Part shown: positions 21,674-32,318 of the stretch, one piece after another
How positions within the stretch are numbered: position 1 is the stretch's first letter
How the letters are laid out: every line of letters begins with the position of its first letter
From: Candidatus Poribacteria bacterium
Lineage (GTDB): Bacteria > Poribacteria > WGA-4E > WGA-3G
Assembly (NCBI GenBank): GCA_965205025.1
Contig: CBDBFU010000014.1
Coordinates: 320,001 to 384,000, forward strand
DNA length: 64,000 nt
Direction of reading: 5' to 3'
Notes under the pieces: model-generated
Databases searched by the model: none
What the model was told of the DNA's origin: nothing
What the model saw: only the letters and a program-made list of their open reading frames with translations
Position numbers and translations under genes: made by a program

Positions 21674-21845
21674 TACAATATAATCATGCATACGATATTT
21701 CTTACAAATCGTGTGCAAGTGTAATCTGGATCTAATCGGAATATAATCATACTCCATAAGGTGCAATTAATACTATTTGTAACACTCTTTTCACTTGTCT
21801 ATTTCAACTGAAAGTGATAAGATAATTATATACTGATGATTTACG

Positions 21846-21866
21846 ACTGGGTAAGATTTACCCAGT
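21846..21866. promoter_or_regulatory. Perfect 9-bp-arm palindrome, candidate operator
   Basis: actgggtaa-gat-ttacccagt directly upstream of the AAGGAG RBS of the PhyH gene. Confidence 0.4.
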
Positions 21867-21890
21867 AGATTCTTAAAGGAGAATACGTAA

Positions 21891-22697
21891 ATGCGGCACG
21901 AACTTACTGCCGAACAAATCGAATTCTATAGAGAGAATGGATTTCTGGTAATTGAGAATTTTCTGGACGAAATTGAATTAGCTGAGTGGCGAAGGTGTAC
22001 CGATGAAGCAGTAACAGAACGACTTGGAAACTCAGTTGAAAATATGACAAACCAACTGGATCCAAAGAATTTTTATGCACGTGTTTTTACACAATGTTTA
22101 AGACTTTCAGATTCACACACTGGAATGCGAAAGTTGGTACATGATCCAAAAATTGGTCGCATGGCAACACAATTAGCAGGTGTTGACGGTATGCGAATAT
22201 GGCACGATCAAGCATTAATTAAACCCCCCAACGGCAATCCTACAGCATGGCATCTTGATGTACCCTATTGGTCATTTGATTCACAGCACGCAGTTTCATT
22301 CTGGGTTGCATTAGACGATGCAACTCTTGAGAATGGTTGTATGTGGTATTTACCAGGGACACAAAAGACTGCTCGTTTTGACAATGTTGGAATTGGAGAG
22401 AATATTGGTGCTTTGTTTGATGTCTATCCTGAATGGAAAAAGCTTACACCCCAATCAGCACCATGTCCTGCAGGATCAATGGCATGGCATAATGGGTTAG
22501 TTGCACATGGGGCAGGTGCTAATATGACTTTCTCTCACCGTAGAGCCATGACTTGCGGCTTTATGCCAGATGGATGTACTTTTAATGGAAAGAAGAATAT
22601 CCTGCCAGAACCCTATTTCAGTTCACTTACAATTGGTGATGTTCTGGACAACAATGAGCAGAATACTCTTGTTTGGCATAAAGATTGGGAAAAGTAA
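21891..22697 (+). CDS. Phytanoyl-CoA dioxygenase (PhyH) family Fe/2OG enzyme
   Basis: YRENGFLVIENFL, WHLD, WVALDDATLENGCM, HGAGAN, RRAM. Confidence 0.9.
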   Translation: MRHELTAEQIEFYRENGFLVIENFLDEIELAEWRRCTDEAVTERLGNSVENMTNQLDPKNFYARVFTQCLRLSDSHTGMRKLVHDPKIGRMATQLAGVDGMRIWHDQALIKPPNGNPTAWHLDVPYWSFDSQHAVSFWVALDDATLENGCMWYLPGTQKTARFDNVGIGENIGALFDVYPEWKKLTPQSAPCPAGSMAWHNGLVAHGAGANMTFSHRRAMTCGFMPDGCTFNGKKNILPEPYFSSLTIGDVLDNNEQNTLVWHKDWEK

Positions 22698-22751
22698 TTC
22701 GTTATCAATACTGTAAAGATGAAGTAATTGGATAGAAAAGGAGAGATAAGT

Positions 22752-24149
22752 ATGGCAAAAAAGCCAAATATCGTATTGATGGGTGTTGATTCACTTCTGG
22801 CAACCCATATGAGTTGTTATGGATACCATAGACATACCACTCCTCATATTGATCGATTTGCACAAGATGGAACACTCTTTGAAAAAACATATAGTGCACA
22901 TATACCAACCACAAGTGCGTATGCATCTATGCTTACAGGAATGGACACTTTTAGCACACAGGTTGTCGCACTAAGACATAAAGGACCTCTCAGAGAGGAA
23001 ATTAAAACACTACCTGAAATCCTTCGAGAGGAAGGATATGATACAACTTGTGTAGGTTTTGGAAATCCAAGTGGACGCGGATTCGATACATATCTTGAAT
23101 TTTCTGGATGGGGACCAGACGAAAGTGGACGGAGTCCAAAAGCAGAAAACCTTAATAAGACTACACTTCCTGAGCTTGATCGATTAATTAAACAGAGTGA
23201 TGACAAACCTTTTTTCCTATTTCTACGTCATATGGACCCACATTCACCCTATTTACCACCAGCACCTTATGAACGAATGTTCTATCACGGGGATGAATGT
23301 GACCCCAGTAATACATCTATGGAACCTGTGATGTCATTTAAACCTTTCTGCGACTACTTTGCATCTTGGATGCCTGTAGGAATCACTGATAAAGATTATG
23401 TCATCGCACAATATGATGGTGCTATTGCTTATATGGATGCTTGTATACAAACACTCTTTAACGCTCTTGAAACCCATGGGGTTATGGATGAAACCATCGT
23501 TGTTATAAATGGTGATCATGGTGAAACACTCTATGATCACGAATGTTGGTTTGACCATCATGGACTATATGATGTAACTCTTCACGTCCCTTTGATAATT
23601 AGATATCCAGGACGAATTCCTGCTGGAAAACGGGTCTCAGGTTATAATCAGCATAAAGATCTTGTTCCAACACTTCTTGAGTTAGCTGATATTGAAACAG
23701 ATATAGATTTCGATGGAGATAGTCTCTTGCAATTAATAAATGGAGAAATTACATCATACGAGAGTGAATTCTACATTACTGAATGTACTTGGATGCGAAA
23801 GCACGGATGGCGTACACCCGAATGGAAGTTAATAGTTGCACTTGAACCAGATTTTCACTACAAACCTCCCGTTGAATTATATAATCTAATTCAAGATCCA
23901 GATGAAAATGAAAATCTGGCAGATTCACATCCAGATATCGTCAATGTACTTGAAACCAGAATGCACAGATGGATTGAGAAAAGGAAAGAAGAAACAGGTC
24001 TACCAAACCCAATTATGAACCAAGGTGATTGGCACGGACATAATGGGATAGGTCCCTTTAAGAGTTCTGATCAAGCATACAATACAATGCATATTGGTAA
24101 TCCTGGAGAAGCAGCACGGCTTCAAGCTAAACCTAAGGACGAAGAATAA
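22752..24149 (+). CDS. Sulfatase/alkaline-phosphatase superfamily hydrolase without the C/S-x-P-x-R motif
   Basis: PNIVLMGVDSL, PTTSAYASMLTG, DPHSPY, GDHGE, HVPLII. Confidence 0.85.
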   Translation: MAKKPNIVLMGVDSLLATHMSCYGYHRHTTPHIDRFAQDGTLFEKTYSAHIPTTSAYASMLTGMDTFSTQVVALRHKGPLREEIKTLPEILREEGYDTTCVGFGNPSGRGFDTYLEFSGWGPDESGRSPKAENLNKTTLPELDRLIKQSDDKPFFLFLRHMDPHSPYLPPAPYERMFYHGDECDPSNTSMEPVMSFKPFCDYFASWMPVGITDKDYVIAQYDGAIAYMDACIQTLFNALETHGVMDETIVVINGDHGETLYDHECWFDHHGLYDVTLHVPLIIRYPGRIPAGKRVSGYNQHKDLVPTLLELADIETDIDFDGDSLLQLINGEITSYESEFYITECTWMRKHGWRTPEWKLIVALEPDFHYKPPVELYNLIQDPDENENLADSHPDIVNVLETRMHRWIEKRKEETGLPNPIMNQGDWHGHNGIGPFKSSDQAYNTMHIGNPGEAARLQAKPKDEE

Positions 24150-24207
24150 TTCACTTTGAATTACAATCAAACTTATTCATATCCCATTTTATGAAAGGAC
24201 AATTTTG

Positions 24208-25029
24208 ATGCCAGATTATACAAGGACTGAGGTGTTGGCAAGACTACGGACAGAATTAGACTCTGGAAATACCCTACTTGCTGTAGGAGCAGGTACAGGT
24301 ATTACTGCAAAATTCGCTGAAAAAGGTGGGGCAGATCTAATTGTTATATATAATTCTGGACGATACCGTATGTCCGGTTTTGGTTCATGTGCAGGACTCC
24401 TTGCTTATGGGGATGCAAATGCTATTGTGATGCAGATGGGTGAGCGAGAGGTATTACCTGTTGTGAACGAAACACCTGTAATCGCTGGTGTAAATGGAAC
24501 AGACCCAACTCGTCGTATGAGCAACTTTTTGAAACAGGTTAGAGATGTAGGATTTGACGGTGTAAATAACTTCCCTACAGTTGGTGTGATTGACGGTACA
24601 TTTCGAATCACTCTTGAAGAAACTGGTATGGGTTTCTATAAGGAAGTTGAGACAATAGGTATTGCTCATGATATGGATTTATTCACCATAGTTTATGTCT
24701 TTAATCCTGAAGAATCAGAGAATATGGCAAAAGTCGGCGCGGATGTTATAATCGCACATATGGGAACAACAATCGGTGGAACAATTGGAGCAGAAACCGC
24801 ATTTACTCTCGAAGATGCAGCAGTGAAAGTTCAGGAAATCTGTGATGCAGCACAATCACAGAATCCAGATGTAATCTGTCTGGCACATGGAGGACCAATC
24901 TCAAAAGCCCCAGAAGCAAAGTATATCAATGATAATACTGATACTGTGGGTTTTGTAGGTGCATCCAGCATTGAACGGTTCGCTTGTGAAGAGAGTATAC
25001 CGCGGGTAACGGCTTCATTTAAGGAATAA
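24208..25029 (+). CDS. TIM-barrel signal transduction protein (Tm-1-like/PEP hydrolase family)
   Basis: GAGTGITAK, YNSGRYRM, GTDP, NFPTVG, HGGPI, GASSIER. Confidence 0.85.
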   Translation: MPDYTRTEVLARLRTELDSGNTLLAVGAGTGITAKFAEKGGADLIVIYNSGRYRMSGFGSCAGLLAYGDANAIVMQMGEREVLPVVNETPVIAGVNGTDPTRRMSNFLKQVRDVGFDGVNNFPTVGVIDGTFRITLEETGMGFYKEVETIGIAHDMDLFTIVYVFNPEESENMAKVGADVIIAHMGTTIGGTIGAETAFTLEDAAVKVQEICDAAQSQNPDVICLAHGGPISKAPEAKYINDNTDTVGFVGASSIERFACEESIPRVTASFKE

Positions 25030-25036
25030 ATTAGAA

Positions 25037-25156
25037 AAGGATTTAGGCAAATTGAACAGAGAAAGTATCTATTTTACTGAAAAGTTGTTATTTCATTTTA
25101 TTTAACCCGCTAAATCCCTTATCAGGTGAACTTTAAGGGGAAATGCGTAAGTCCTA
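25037..25156 (-). mobile_element. Inverted, degenerate IS701-derived MITE
   Basis: aaggatttaggca...aacccgctaaatcccttatcagg...tgcgtaagtccta. Confidence 0.7.
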
Positions 25157-25785
25157 TTAGCATTAAATCTCTTAAACAAGTGTCGTTATTAAATTAAGCA
25201 CATTGTGCGTCGATGACGGGCGGGAAACCCTTGAAGAAACACACAACAAAAAACCCTTATGGGTTCAGTGCCTGCTGGAAAATCGGAAAATTGATAAGTT
25301 ATTTTTAATATTGCTTAGACTATCTATGCTATAGTTTGGAAATTTCTTTAGAGTCCGTGTGTGAAAATAGATGTAGGTGTTTTGCTTGGGTGTTTCTCTC
25401 AGGTTGAGAAGTAAAAGTTCAGTTTTCTCTCATTTCTACGGAAAATACGGTCCGTTGATGTTTTGTTCCGGCAACCCAGCGATTGCGAACCTCGACAAGC
25501 AGGCGGCTCTATAAACAAAAGAACGTTGCGTTTCACTCGCAATTTGGGGATTGACAGGTTTCGATGAACTGTGAAATTGATTTTCTCCCTTCACTTGTTT
25601 TGTAGCATTCTTTCAACCCAATCTACAAGTTATATGCGATACCTTCTACTGCCATAGGAGATTCCATTCAAGTAGTTGGATATTTTAGCACAATCTTGGT
25701 TTAGAGAGTGGTTTAAATTTCCGATGGCAGTACAACTCTTAACTTTTTGATTATAAAGAAAAGGTTGAAAAGAAAAGGGAAAACT

Positions 25786-26566
25786 ATGAATCGTTGGACG
25801 CAGCTAAGCATTGAGTTTGCCAATCAGAGAAACTATCTTGATGAATTGTTTAGCGTTTATCCAACAATTCCCGAAGGAATTCGAGATATTGATGAAGATT
25901 TATGGGAACAAGTAGAGCAGTCATTTCAGGAAAAAGACAATACCGCGCTGTTAAAGGCATTGCTCAAATTAGACTTGTTCCCAATAAAAGATTCCTATGT
26001 TGCGTATCTGAAAAAGGACGAGAGTGCAATAAGGAAAAACCCAAATACAGTTGATAGATTATGTGGTAGACTTTATGAAATGGGATTAAAGAAAATTTAC
26101 GAACGTTCCTCTGAACCGAAAGAAAACAAATAGGCAAATTGGTCCCTTATTTAGACGCTGGTTAAACAAAGGGGTATTGGGTGTTCAACCCATTTCTCTT
26201 GAAGATTTTCTTGCGTCAGACGATAATGCTGTCTTGGATGCAAGCGACGCTCAAATGATGGAATTTGCTAGAGAACAATTGAACTACACGCGTAACAAAG
26301 GATTAGATTTTCTCGCAAGATTTAACGGTAAATATGTAATCGGCGAAGCCAAATTTTTAACCGACATCGGAGGGCATCAAAACGCGCAATTTAATGATGC
26401 GATAGGTGTTGTCGAAACGGAAGTCAACGCTGTTTCAGTTGCCATTTTAGATGGAGTTCTCTATATCAGAGGTCGTTCAAAAATGTATCGTGCGATTACC
26501 CAAGAATTAACCCAGTATAACATCATGAGTGCATTGGTTTTAAGAGAGTTTTTATTTCAACTCTAA
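25786..26566 (+). pseudogene. Tsp45I-like type II restriction endonuclease split by a +1 A (possibly an assembly error)
   Basis: MNRWTQLSIEFANQRNYLDELF..YPTIPEGIRDI; removing one A at 26123-26126 gives PKETNRQIGPLF and joins the KGLDF..IGEAKFLTDIGGHQNAQ catalytic half. Family recalled from memory. Confidence 0.72.
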
Positions 26567-26577
26567 AGGGTTATCAA

Positions 26578-27597
26578 ATGCAGAATTTGATTATAGAAGG
26601 CGACAACATCAAAGGACTTGAATATCTTCTGAATGAAAGAGATCTAAAGGAAAGGATTGATTTGGTCTATATAGATCCTCCCTTTGCCACCAATAGTCAT
26701 TTTACAATTACAGATGAAAGAGCATCTACGATAAGCAGTTCCCGAAAAGGTGATGTTGCTTATTCAGACAGATTGACCGGAAAACAATTTATTGAGTTTT
26801 TAAGAGATAGATTACTGTTGCTCAAAGAACTGCTGTCAGATGAAGGTTCTATTTATTTGCATATTGACTACAAAGTTGGGCATTATGTAAAGGTTATGAT
26901 GGATGAAGTATTTGGAATGAATAATTTCAGAAATGACATCACCAGGATAAAGTGTAACCCCAAAAATTTCAAGCGAACAGGATACGGAAATATAAAAGAC
27001 TTGATCTTATTCTATTCTAAATCTTCAAAACCTATATGGAATGAACCGAAAGAGCCGTATACGCCAGAAGATTTAGAGCGATTATTTCCTAAAGTCAAAA
27101 AAGGAAGAAGGTATACTACAGTGCCGATTCATGCGCCGGGAGAAACTGAAAATGGTGAAACAAGCAAAACATTCAAAGGATTATCTCCTCCGAAGGGACG
27201 GCATTGGCGAACAGATGTACAGACTTTAGAAAAATGGGATGAGGCGGGTCTGATAGAGTGGTCATCAAGGGGAAACCCTAGAAAAATAATCTTTGCGGAT
27301 GAACAGATAGGTAAAAGGGTTCAAGATATTTGGGAGTATAAAGACCCGCAATCCCCAACATATCCAACGGAAAAAAATCCAGACCTGTTAGACAGAATTA
27401 TTAGAACTTCCTCTAATCCTGAAAGTGTGGTTTTGGATTGTTTTTGTGGTTCAGGAACAACTCTGAAATCTGCACATCTGTTAAATAGAAGGTGGATAGG
27501 CATAGACCAATCAGAACAGGCTATAAAAACAACAATTGATAAATTGAGTGCAGTTGACTGCCTACTCACTAAATATGAGTTCATATCTTTGCTTTGA
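26578..27597 (+). CDS. N6-adenine/N4-cytosine DNA methyltransferase (beta class), cognate of the upstream REase
   Basis: IYIDPPF-type motif (VYIDPPF) precedes YPTEK and DCFCGSGTT. Confidence 0.92.
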   Translation: MQNLIIEGDNIKGLEYLLNERDLKERIDLVYIDPPFATNSHFTITDERASTISSSRKGDVAYSDRLTGKQFIEFLRDRLLLLKELLSDEGSIYLHIDYKVGHYVKVMMDEVFGMNNFRNDITRIKCNPKNFKRTGYGNIKDLILFYSKSSKPIWNEPKEPYTPEDLERLFPKVKKGRRYTTVPIHAPGETENGETSKTFKGLSPPKGRHWRTDVQTLEKWDEAGLIEWSSRGNPRKIIFADEQIGKRVQDIWEYKDPQSPTYPTEKNPDLLDRIIRTSSNPESVVLDCFCGSGTTLKSAHLLNRRWIGIDQSEQAIKTTIDKLSAVDCLLTKYEFISLL

Positions 27598-27696
27598 TGT
27601 GGTTGAATGAATAAGGAGGGCAAGTGTGTCCTACCATCAGAAATTCCTGCCCTGTCTAAACCAAGATTGTAATAAAATAGACATTATAATAGTTTA

Positions 27697-27829
27697 TAGG
27701 ACACACGAATTCCCTCTTAAAGTACCCCTGATACGGGGATTTAGAGGGTAAAAAAAAACGAAATACTCTCCCAGCAAGACTCTTTTGCGTAAAATATGAT
27801 CCGTTTCTGCTCAATTTGCGTAGGTCATG
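27697..27829. mobile_element. Degenerate IS701-derived MITE inside another inverted-repeat pair (~27678-27870)
   Basis: taggacacacgaa..aaagtacccctgatacggggatttagaggg..tgcgtaggtcatg; outer tagacattataa and ttataatgtcta. Confidence 0.6.
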
Positions 27830-27925
27830 GTTAAGTGACATAACGCGTACTTAAATCGTTATAATGTCTAATGACAATCTAAATGATTTGCAGCAAAATC
27901 TCATCAAAAAGACGACGATTAAATA

Positions 27926-30334
27926 GTGGAGAAATTAATGTCAAATACGGTTAAAGAAATAGAGATCCTCAAGGCATCTGATGATGAACTCATACGTATC
28001 AGCCGAGAAGGCACATTGTCCTTAAACCTAAAAGAGATGCAGACCATTCAAGCACATTTTAGGTCATTACAACGTAATCCTACAGATGTAGAACTTGAGA
28101 CAATAGCACAGACTTGGTCAGAACATTGTGTTCATAAGACCTTTAAATGTATCATTGAATACTCCGAACCAGAGAAAAATACTGAACGTATTGAAGGACT
28201 ATTCCCAACCTACATACAACGTGCAACAGAAAAAATAAATAAACCGTGGTGTGTATCTGTCTTTTCAGATAATGCTGGGATAATAGAATTCGATGAAGAA
28301 AATAACCTGGTGTTTAAAGTAGAAACTCACAACCATCCATCTGCAATTGAACCTTATGGGGGAGCAGGTACAGGTATTGGAGGAGTCATAAGGGATTCAT
28401 TAGGAACTGGACTTGGTGCAAAACCTATATTAAATACAGATGTCTTCTGTTTTGGCTTACCCGATATGGCGTATGAAGATTTACCAAAAGGCACATTACA
28501 TCCGAAACGAGTATTTAAAGGAGTTGTTTCTGGTGTACGAGATTATGGAAATCGTATGGGGATACCAACTGCCAATGGAGCAATACTGTTTGATTCAAGA
28601 TATACGGCTAACCCACTTGTTTTCTGTGGAAATGTAGGATTAATTCCCAGAGATAGATGTGATAAATCGGTTGAACCTGGGGACCTCATAGTTGCTATTG
28701 GGGGACGGACAGGACGTGATGGAATCCATGGTGCTACATTCTCATCGGCTGAATTAGATGATACATCCGAAAACCTTGGAAGTGTTGTACAAATTGGCAA
28801 CCCCATTATGGAAAAGAAGATTGTTGATGCATTATTACAAGCACGTGACCAAAATCTATATCGATCAATCACCGATTGTGGAGCAGGTGGGTTTTCTTCG
28901 GCAGTAGGTGAGATGGGGGAGGACACCGGTGCGGAGGTACATTTAGAGAATATACCCTTAAAATATGATGGATTAGCTCCATGGGAGATCTGGTTATCGG
29001 AAGCACAGGAACGAATGGTAATAGCTGTACCACCTGAAAATCTTGATGAACTTATGAAGATATGTGACTCAGAGATGGTTGAAGCAACCGTACTCGGCAA
29101 CTTTACAGATTCACACAGATTACAGGTTTTTTATCAAGACAATATAGTTGGGGACTTAGATATGGGTTTTCTACATAAAGGTCTACCCCAAATTGTCAAG
29201 CAGGCTGTATGGCAACCACCACAACACACTGAGATGCCATCACGTGATAACGATACCGATCATTATTCCGATGACCTATTACATCTTCTTGCCAGTCCAA
29301 ATATTGCCAGTAAAGAATCTGTGATCCGTCAGTATGACCATGAAGTACAAGGTGGGGTTGTCATCAAACCACTTGTTGGAATAGAAAATGATGGGCCAAG
29401 TGATGCCTGTGTTGTTACACCAGTCATAGGAAAACCTACAGCTGTCATTGTTGCAAATGGTATTAATCCGAGATATAGTGATGTTGATCCATACCATAGT
29501 GCCGCAGGGGCAATAGATGAAACCTTACGGAATATAATTGCAGTTGGAGGATCACTTGAGAAAACTGCTTTATTGGACAATTTCTGTTGGGGAAATCCAG
29601 ATAAACCGGATAGACTTGGTGAATTAGTTAGAGCAGCAAAAGCATGTTATGACATTGCTACTGCCTATGAAACACCTTTTATTTCTGGTAAAGACAGTCT
29701 ATATAACGAATATAGGGACACAACGACTGGTGAACAAAGGGCAATTCCTGCTACTCTCTTAATATCGGGGATCTGTGTAATACCTGATGTAAATTGTGCC
29801 ATTACTATGGATGTAAAATCTGCCGCGAATCTCATATATGTTGTAGGTAACACATATTCTGAATTAGGTGGTTCACACTACTTCGGAATACATGATTATA
29901 TAGGTAATAGTGCACCTAAAGTTCGTCCTGATGAAGGCAAAAAGGTTATGGGGTCATTGAGTAGAGCGATCCACTTGAGTTTGGTTCGTTCTTGCCATGA
30001 TTGTTCTGAAGGTGGAATAGGCGTCGCAGCTGCTGAAATGTCTTTTTCTGGTGGGTTTGGGATGGAATTAAGTCTTGAACATGTCCCTATTGCTGAAGAT
30101 ATTCCCTATGATGATTTTCGACTATTCTCTGAGTCTAATAGTCGATTCATTGTTGAAGTAGAACCTGGAGATCAAAACGAGTTTGAAAATCAAATGAATG
30201 GTGTATCTATTGGTTATCTCGGAAAGACCATTGAGTCTAACGAGTTTATAATACACGGAATAAAAAGTAATCGTATTGTTGATACTACTATTGAGAAGCT
30301 TAAGTCCGCATGGCAGACACCATTACATTCGTAA
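27926..30334 (+). CDS. purL: FGAM synthase subunit PurL
   Basis: QTWSEHCVHK, KVETHNHPSAIEP, DCGAGG, LSEAQERM, QYDHEVQ, ISGKDSL, LFSESNSR. Confidence 0.95.
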   Translation: MEKLMSNTVKEIEILKASDDELIRISREGTLSLNLKEMQTIQAHFRSLQRNPTDVELETIAQTWSEHCVHKTFKCIIEYSEPEKNTERIEGLFPTYIQRATEKINKPWCVSVFSDNAGIIEFDEENNLVFKVETHNHPSAIEPYGGAGTGIGGVIRDSLGTGLGAKPILNTDVFCFGLPDMAYEDLPKGTLHPKRVFKGVVSGVRDYGNRMGIPTANGAILFDSRYTANPLVFCGNVGLIPRDRCDKSVEPGDLIVAIGGRTGRDGIHGATFSSAELDDTSENLGSVVQIGNPIMEKKIVDALLQARDQNLYRSITDCGAGGFSSAVGEMGEDTGAEVHLENIPLKYDGLAPWEIWLSEAQERMVIAVPPENLDELMKICDSEMVEATVLGNFTDSHRLQVFYQDNIVGDLDMGFLHKGLPQIVKQAVWQPPQHTEMPSRDNDTDHYSDDLLHLLASPNIASKESVIRQYDHEVQGGVVIKPLVGIENDGPSDACVVTPVIGKPTAVIVANGINPRYSDVDPYHSAAGAIDETLRNIIAVGGSLEKTALLDNFCWGNPDKPDRLGELVRAAKACYDIATAYETPFISGKDSLYNEYRDTTTGEQRAIPATLLISGICVIPDVNCAITMDVKSAANLIYVVGNTYSELGGSHYFGIHDYIGNSAPKVRPDEGKKVMGSLSRAIHLSLVRSCHDCSEGGIGVAAAEMSFSGGFGMELSLEHVPIAEDIPYDDFRLFSESNSRFIVEVEPGDQNEFENQMNGVSIGYLGKTIESNEFIIHGIKSNRIVDTTIEKLKSAWQTPLHS

Positions 30335-30378
30335 CTATTTAGGTAGAAATGTGTTCTAATAAGTATAGGAGAAAGAGA

Positions 30379-31195
30379 TTGAAACCAAAAGTACTTATTC
30401 TTCGAACAGCAGGAACAAACTGTGATTCTGAAAACAGATGTAGCCTTTAAACTGGCAGGTGGACATACAGATTTAGTCCATATACAGAACCTTATTTCAG
30501 GTAAGGTAAATCTCTCAGACTATCATATTCTTGCAATTCCAGGTGGATTTTCATACGGTGATGACATTGCAGCAGGGATACTACTCGCAATTGAGATGAG
30601 ACATAAACTGAGTGAAGTCTTAGAAGAATTTGTTGCTGAAAATAAACTGATAATTGGAATATGTAACGGATTTCAAGTACTTGTTAGGACAGGATTATTG
30701 CCAGGATTATCAAAAGAAAAGACTACAACAAATACAGATGTCCCACAACGTGCTACATTGGCAATGAATACATCAACAAAATTTGAATGTCGCTGGGTTG
30801 ATCTTAAAACGGAAGAGAGTCAATGTGTCTTCACCAAAGGTATTAAACCAAATCTCTATCTCCCAGTTGCCCATGCCGAAGGACGATTTACTGCCCACCA
30901 AGAGGTATTAGACGAATTAGTTGACAATAAACAAGTTGTATTTCGATATACTAATGGTTCACTCCCTTCGTCAGACAACATTGAGTATCCATATAATCCA
31001 AATGGGTCTGATTTCAATATTGCAGGTATTTGTGATAAAACAGGTAGAATATTCGGTTTGATGCCACATCCAGAGCGATTTCTTACAAAATGGAATCACC
31101 CACGATGGACAAGAGAGGACCTTCCAGAAGAAGGTGATGGTTTGGTATTATTCAAAAACGCAATTGATTATGCAAAAGCGACTTTTTATGAGTGA
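30379..31195 (+). CDS. purQ: FGAM synthase glutaminase subunit PurQ, with an apparent +1 A at 30431-30434
   Basis: TTG after AGGAG gives MKPKVLILRTAGTNCDSE; the next frame has PGGFSYGD, GICNGFQ, AHAEG, MPHPER. Confidence 0.9.
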
Positions 31196-31622
31196 ACAGC
31201 TCAACAGACGATTACTCCCTTTCTATATGAAACTACCTGTCTTTTGGGTATTTATCATTTTGACTTTAGTAGGTCAGGTGTTATGGGTAGCATATATTTC
31301 CAAGGATCCTCAAATAGATTTACGTTGGTCAAGTTTTGGATATGGATTTGGTATTGTACTCGGTTTTATGCAAGGAAAGTGGACATCAAGATTATGGGAT
31401 AGGTCGTATCTACAAGTATTGAGACGTGAGATTATATTCTGGCAAGCAAAAGGTGCAAAAACTCTGACATATTTTACCTGTTTTGCTCTTGGACTACCGG
31501 TAACTGGAATTCTATTGATTAAATCAACTGTACAATTAACAGGTATCCAATCCTATGTTTTTGGGTTTATTGGTGGAATGAATGTAGCACTGATGTTATG
31601 GGTACGTCGGATACCAAAATAA
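31188..31622 (+). CDS. Hypothetical membrane protein (about 4 TM)
   Basis: Hydrophobic segments; overlaps the purQ stop. Confidence 0.7.
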   Translation: MSEQLNRRLLPFYMKLPVFWVFIILTLVGQVLWVAYISKDPQIDLRWSSFGYGFGIVLGFMQGKWTSRLWDRSYLQVLRREIIFWQAKGAKTLTYFTCFALGLPVTGILLIKSTVQLTGIQSYVFGFIGGMNVALMLWVRRIPK

Positions 31623-31672
31623 GTATCAACACATCTCACTGTTCTCTAACTAACAATCCATTCCTACCATTA

Positions 31673-32163
31673 CAATACCTTCGCCAATTATCTTGGATTT
31701 AGTTCTGGCTGTGTGGGATGAATAGCACCGATAAAACCGGGATCGCTTTCCCATACAATCAGGAAAAGAAACGATCTAAACCATAAGTCTCTTGTACCGA
31801 TTTTGATATGATGATTTCGTCTGCGGTGATAGTCACTTTCAGGATTAAACAAATAGTTATTGAAAGAGCCAACAATCATATACCAAGACAGAATCGTGTT
31901 ATAGAAACGTTGTATCGCTCGGTAGCTACCTTCTTTTAATGTCCAACGGGAGATATTTAACATTGTACCCCGACCTGTCATCGCAAGCAGGATTAATACA
32001 ACTTGACATAACTGTCGGATCGTAGTTGTGGATAAACATGGACTAAGAACAGTAACAGTGCTATAATTTCTGACATAGATGTTAGTCCATTTTGAGTTAT
32101 GGTTAACTGTGATAACTTTAAGACAAACACTCAGTTTTATTAAAGTATTTTGGCAAGGTATTG
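31673..32163 (-). mobile_element. Internally deleted IS (IS4-superfamily-like) with a decayed transposase N-terminus
   Basis: IRs caataccttcgccaa and ttggcaaggtattg; the minus strand encodes ..MTGRGTMLNISRWT..GSYRAIQRFY.. followed by frameshifts. Confidence 0.7.
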
Positions 32164-32318
32164 ATTGTTAGATTGATGTAATATGTTCTTAAAATTGAGT
32201 CCTGTATGCACGGAATGTCTGTAGAAAATTATTTGTTTTTATGAGTCCTATAGTTAACTGTTATACATTATAGGTGGCAACTATGATTATAATTTCTAAA
32301 TTAAAGAAGGATTAACTT

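Noticed and set aside
25200-25740. Possible ncRNA or tRNA upstream of the RM pair
   Set aside because: No cloverleaf or known RNA motif seen; only a degenerate inverted pair (gaaacacacaacaaaa / ttttgcttgggtgtttc) suggesting MITE debris.
30431-30434. Programmed frameshift or phase variation in purQ, rimP or the CCA-type gene
   Set aside because: The runs are only 3-5 nt with no slippery heptamer or stimulatory structure seen; sequencing error is simpler.
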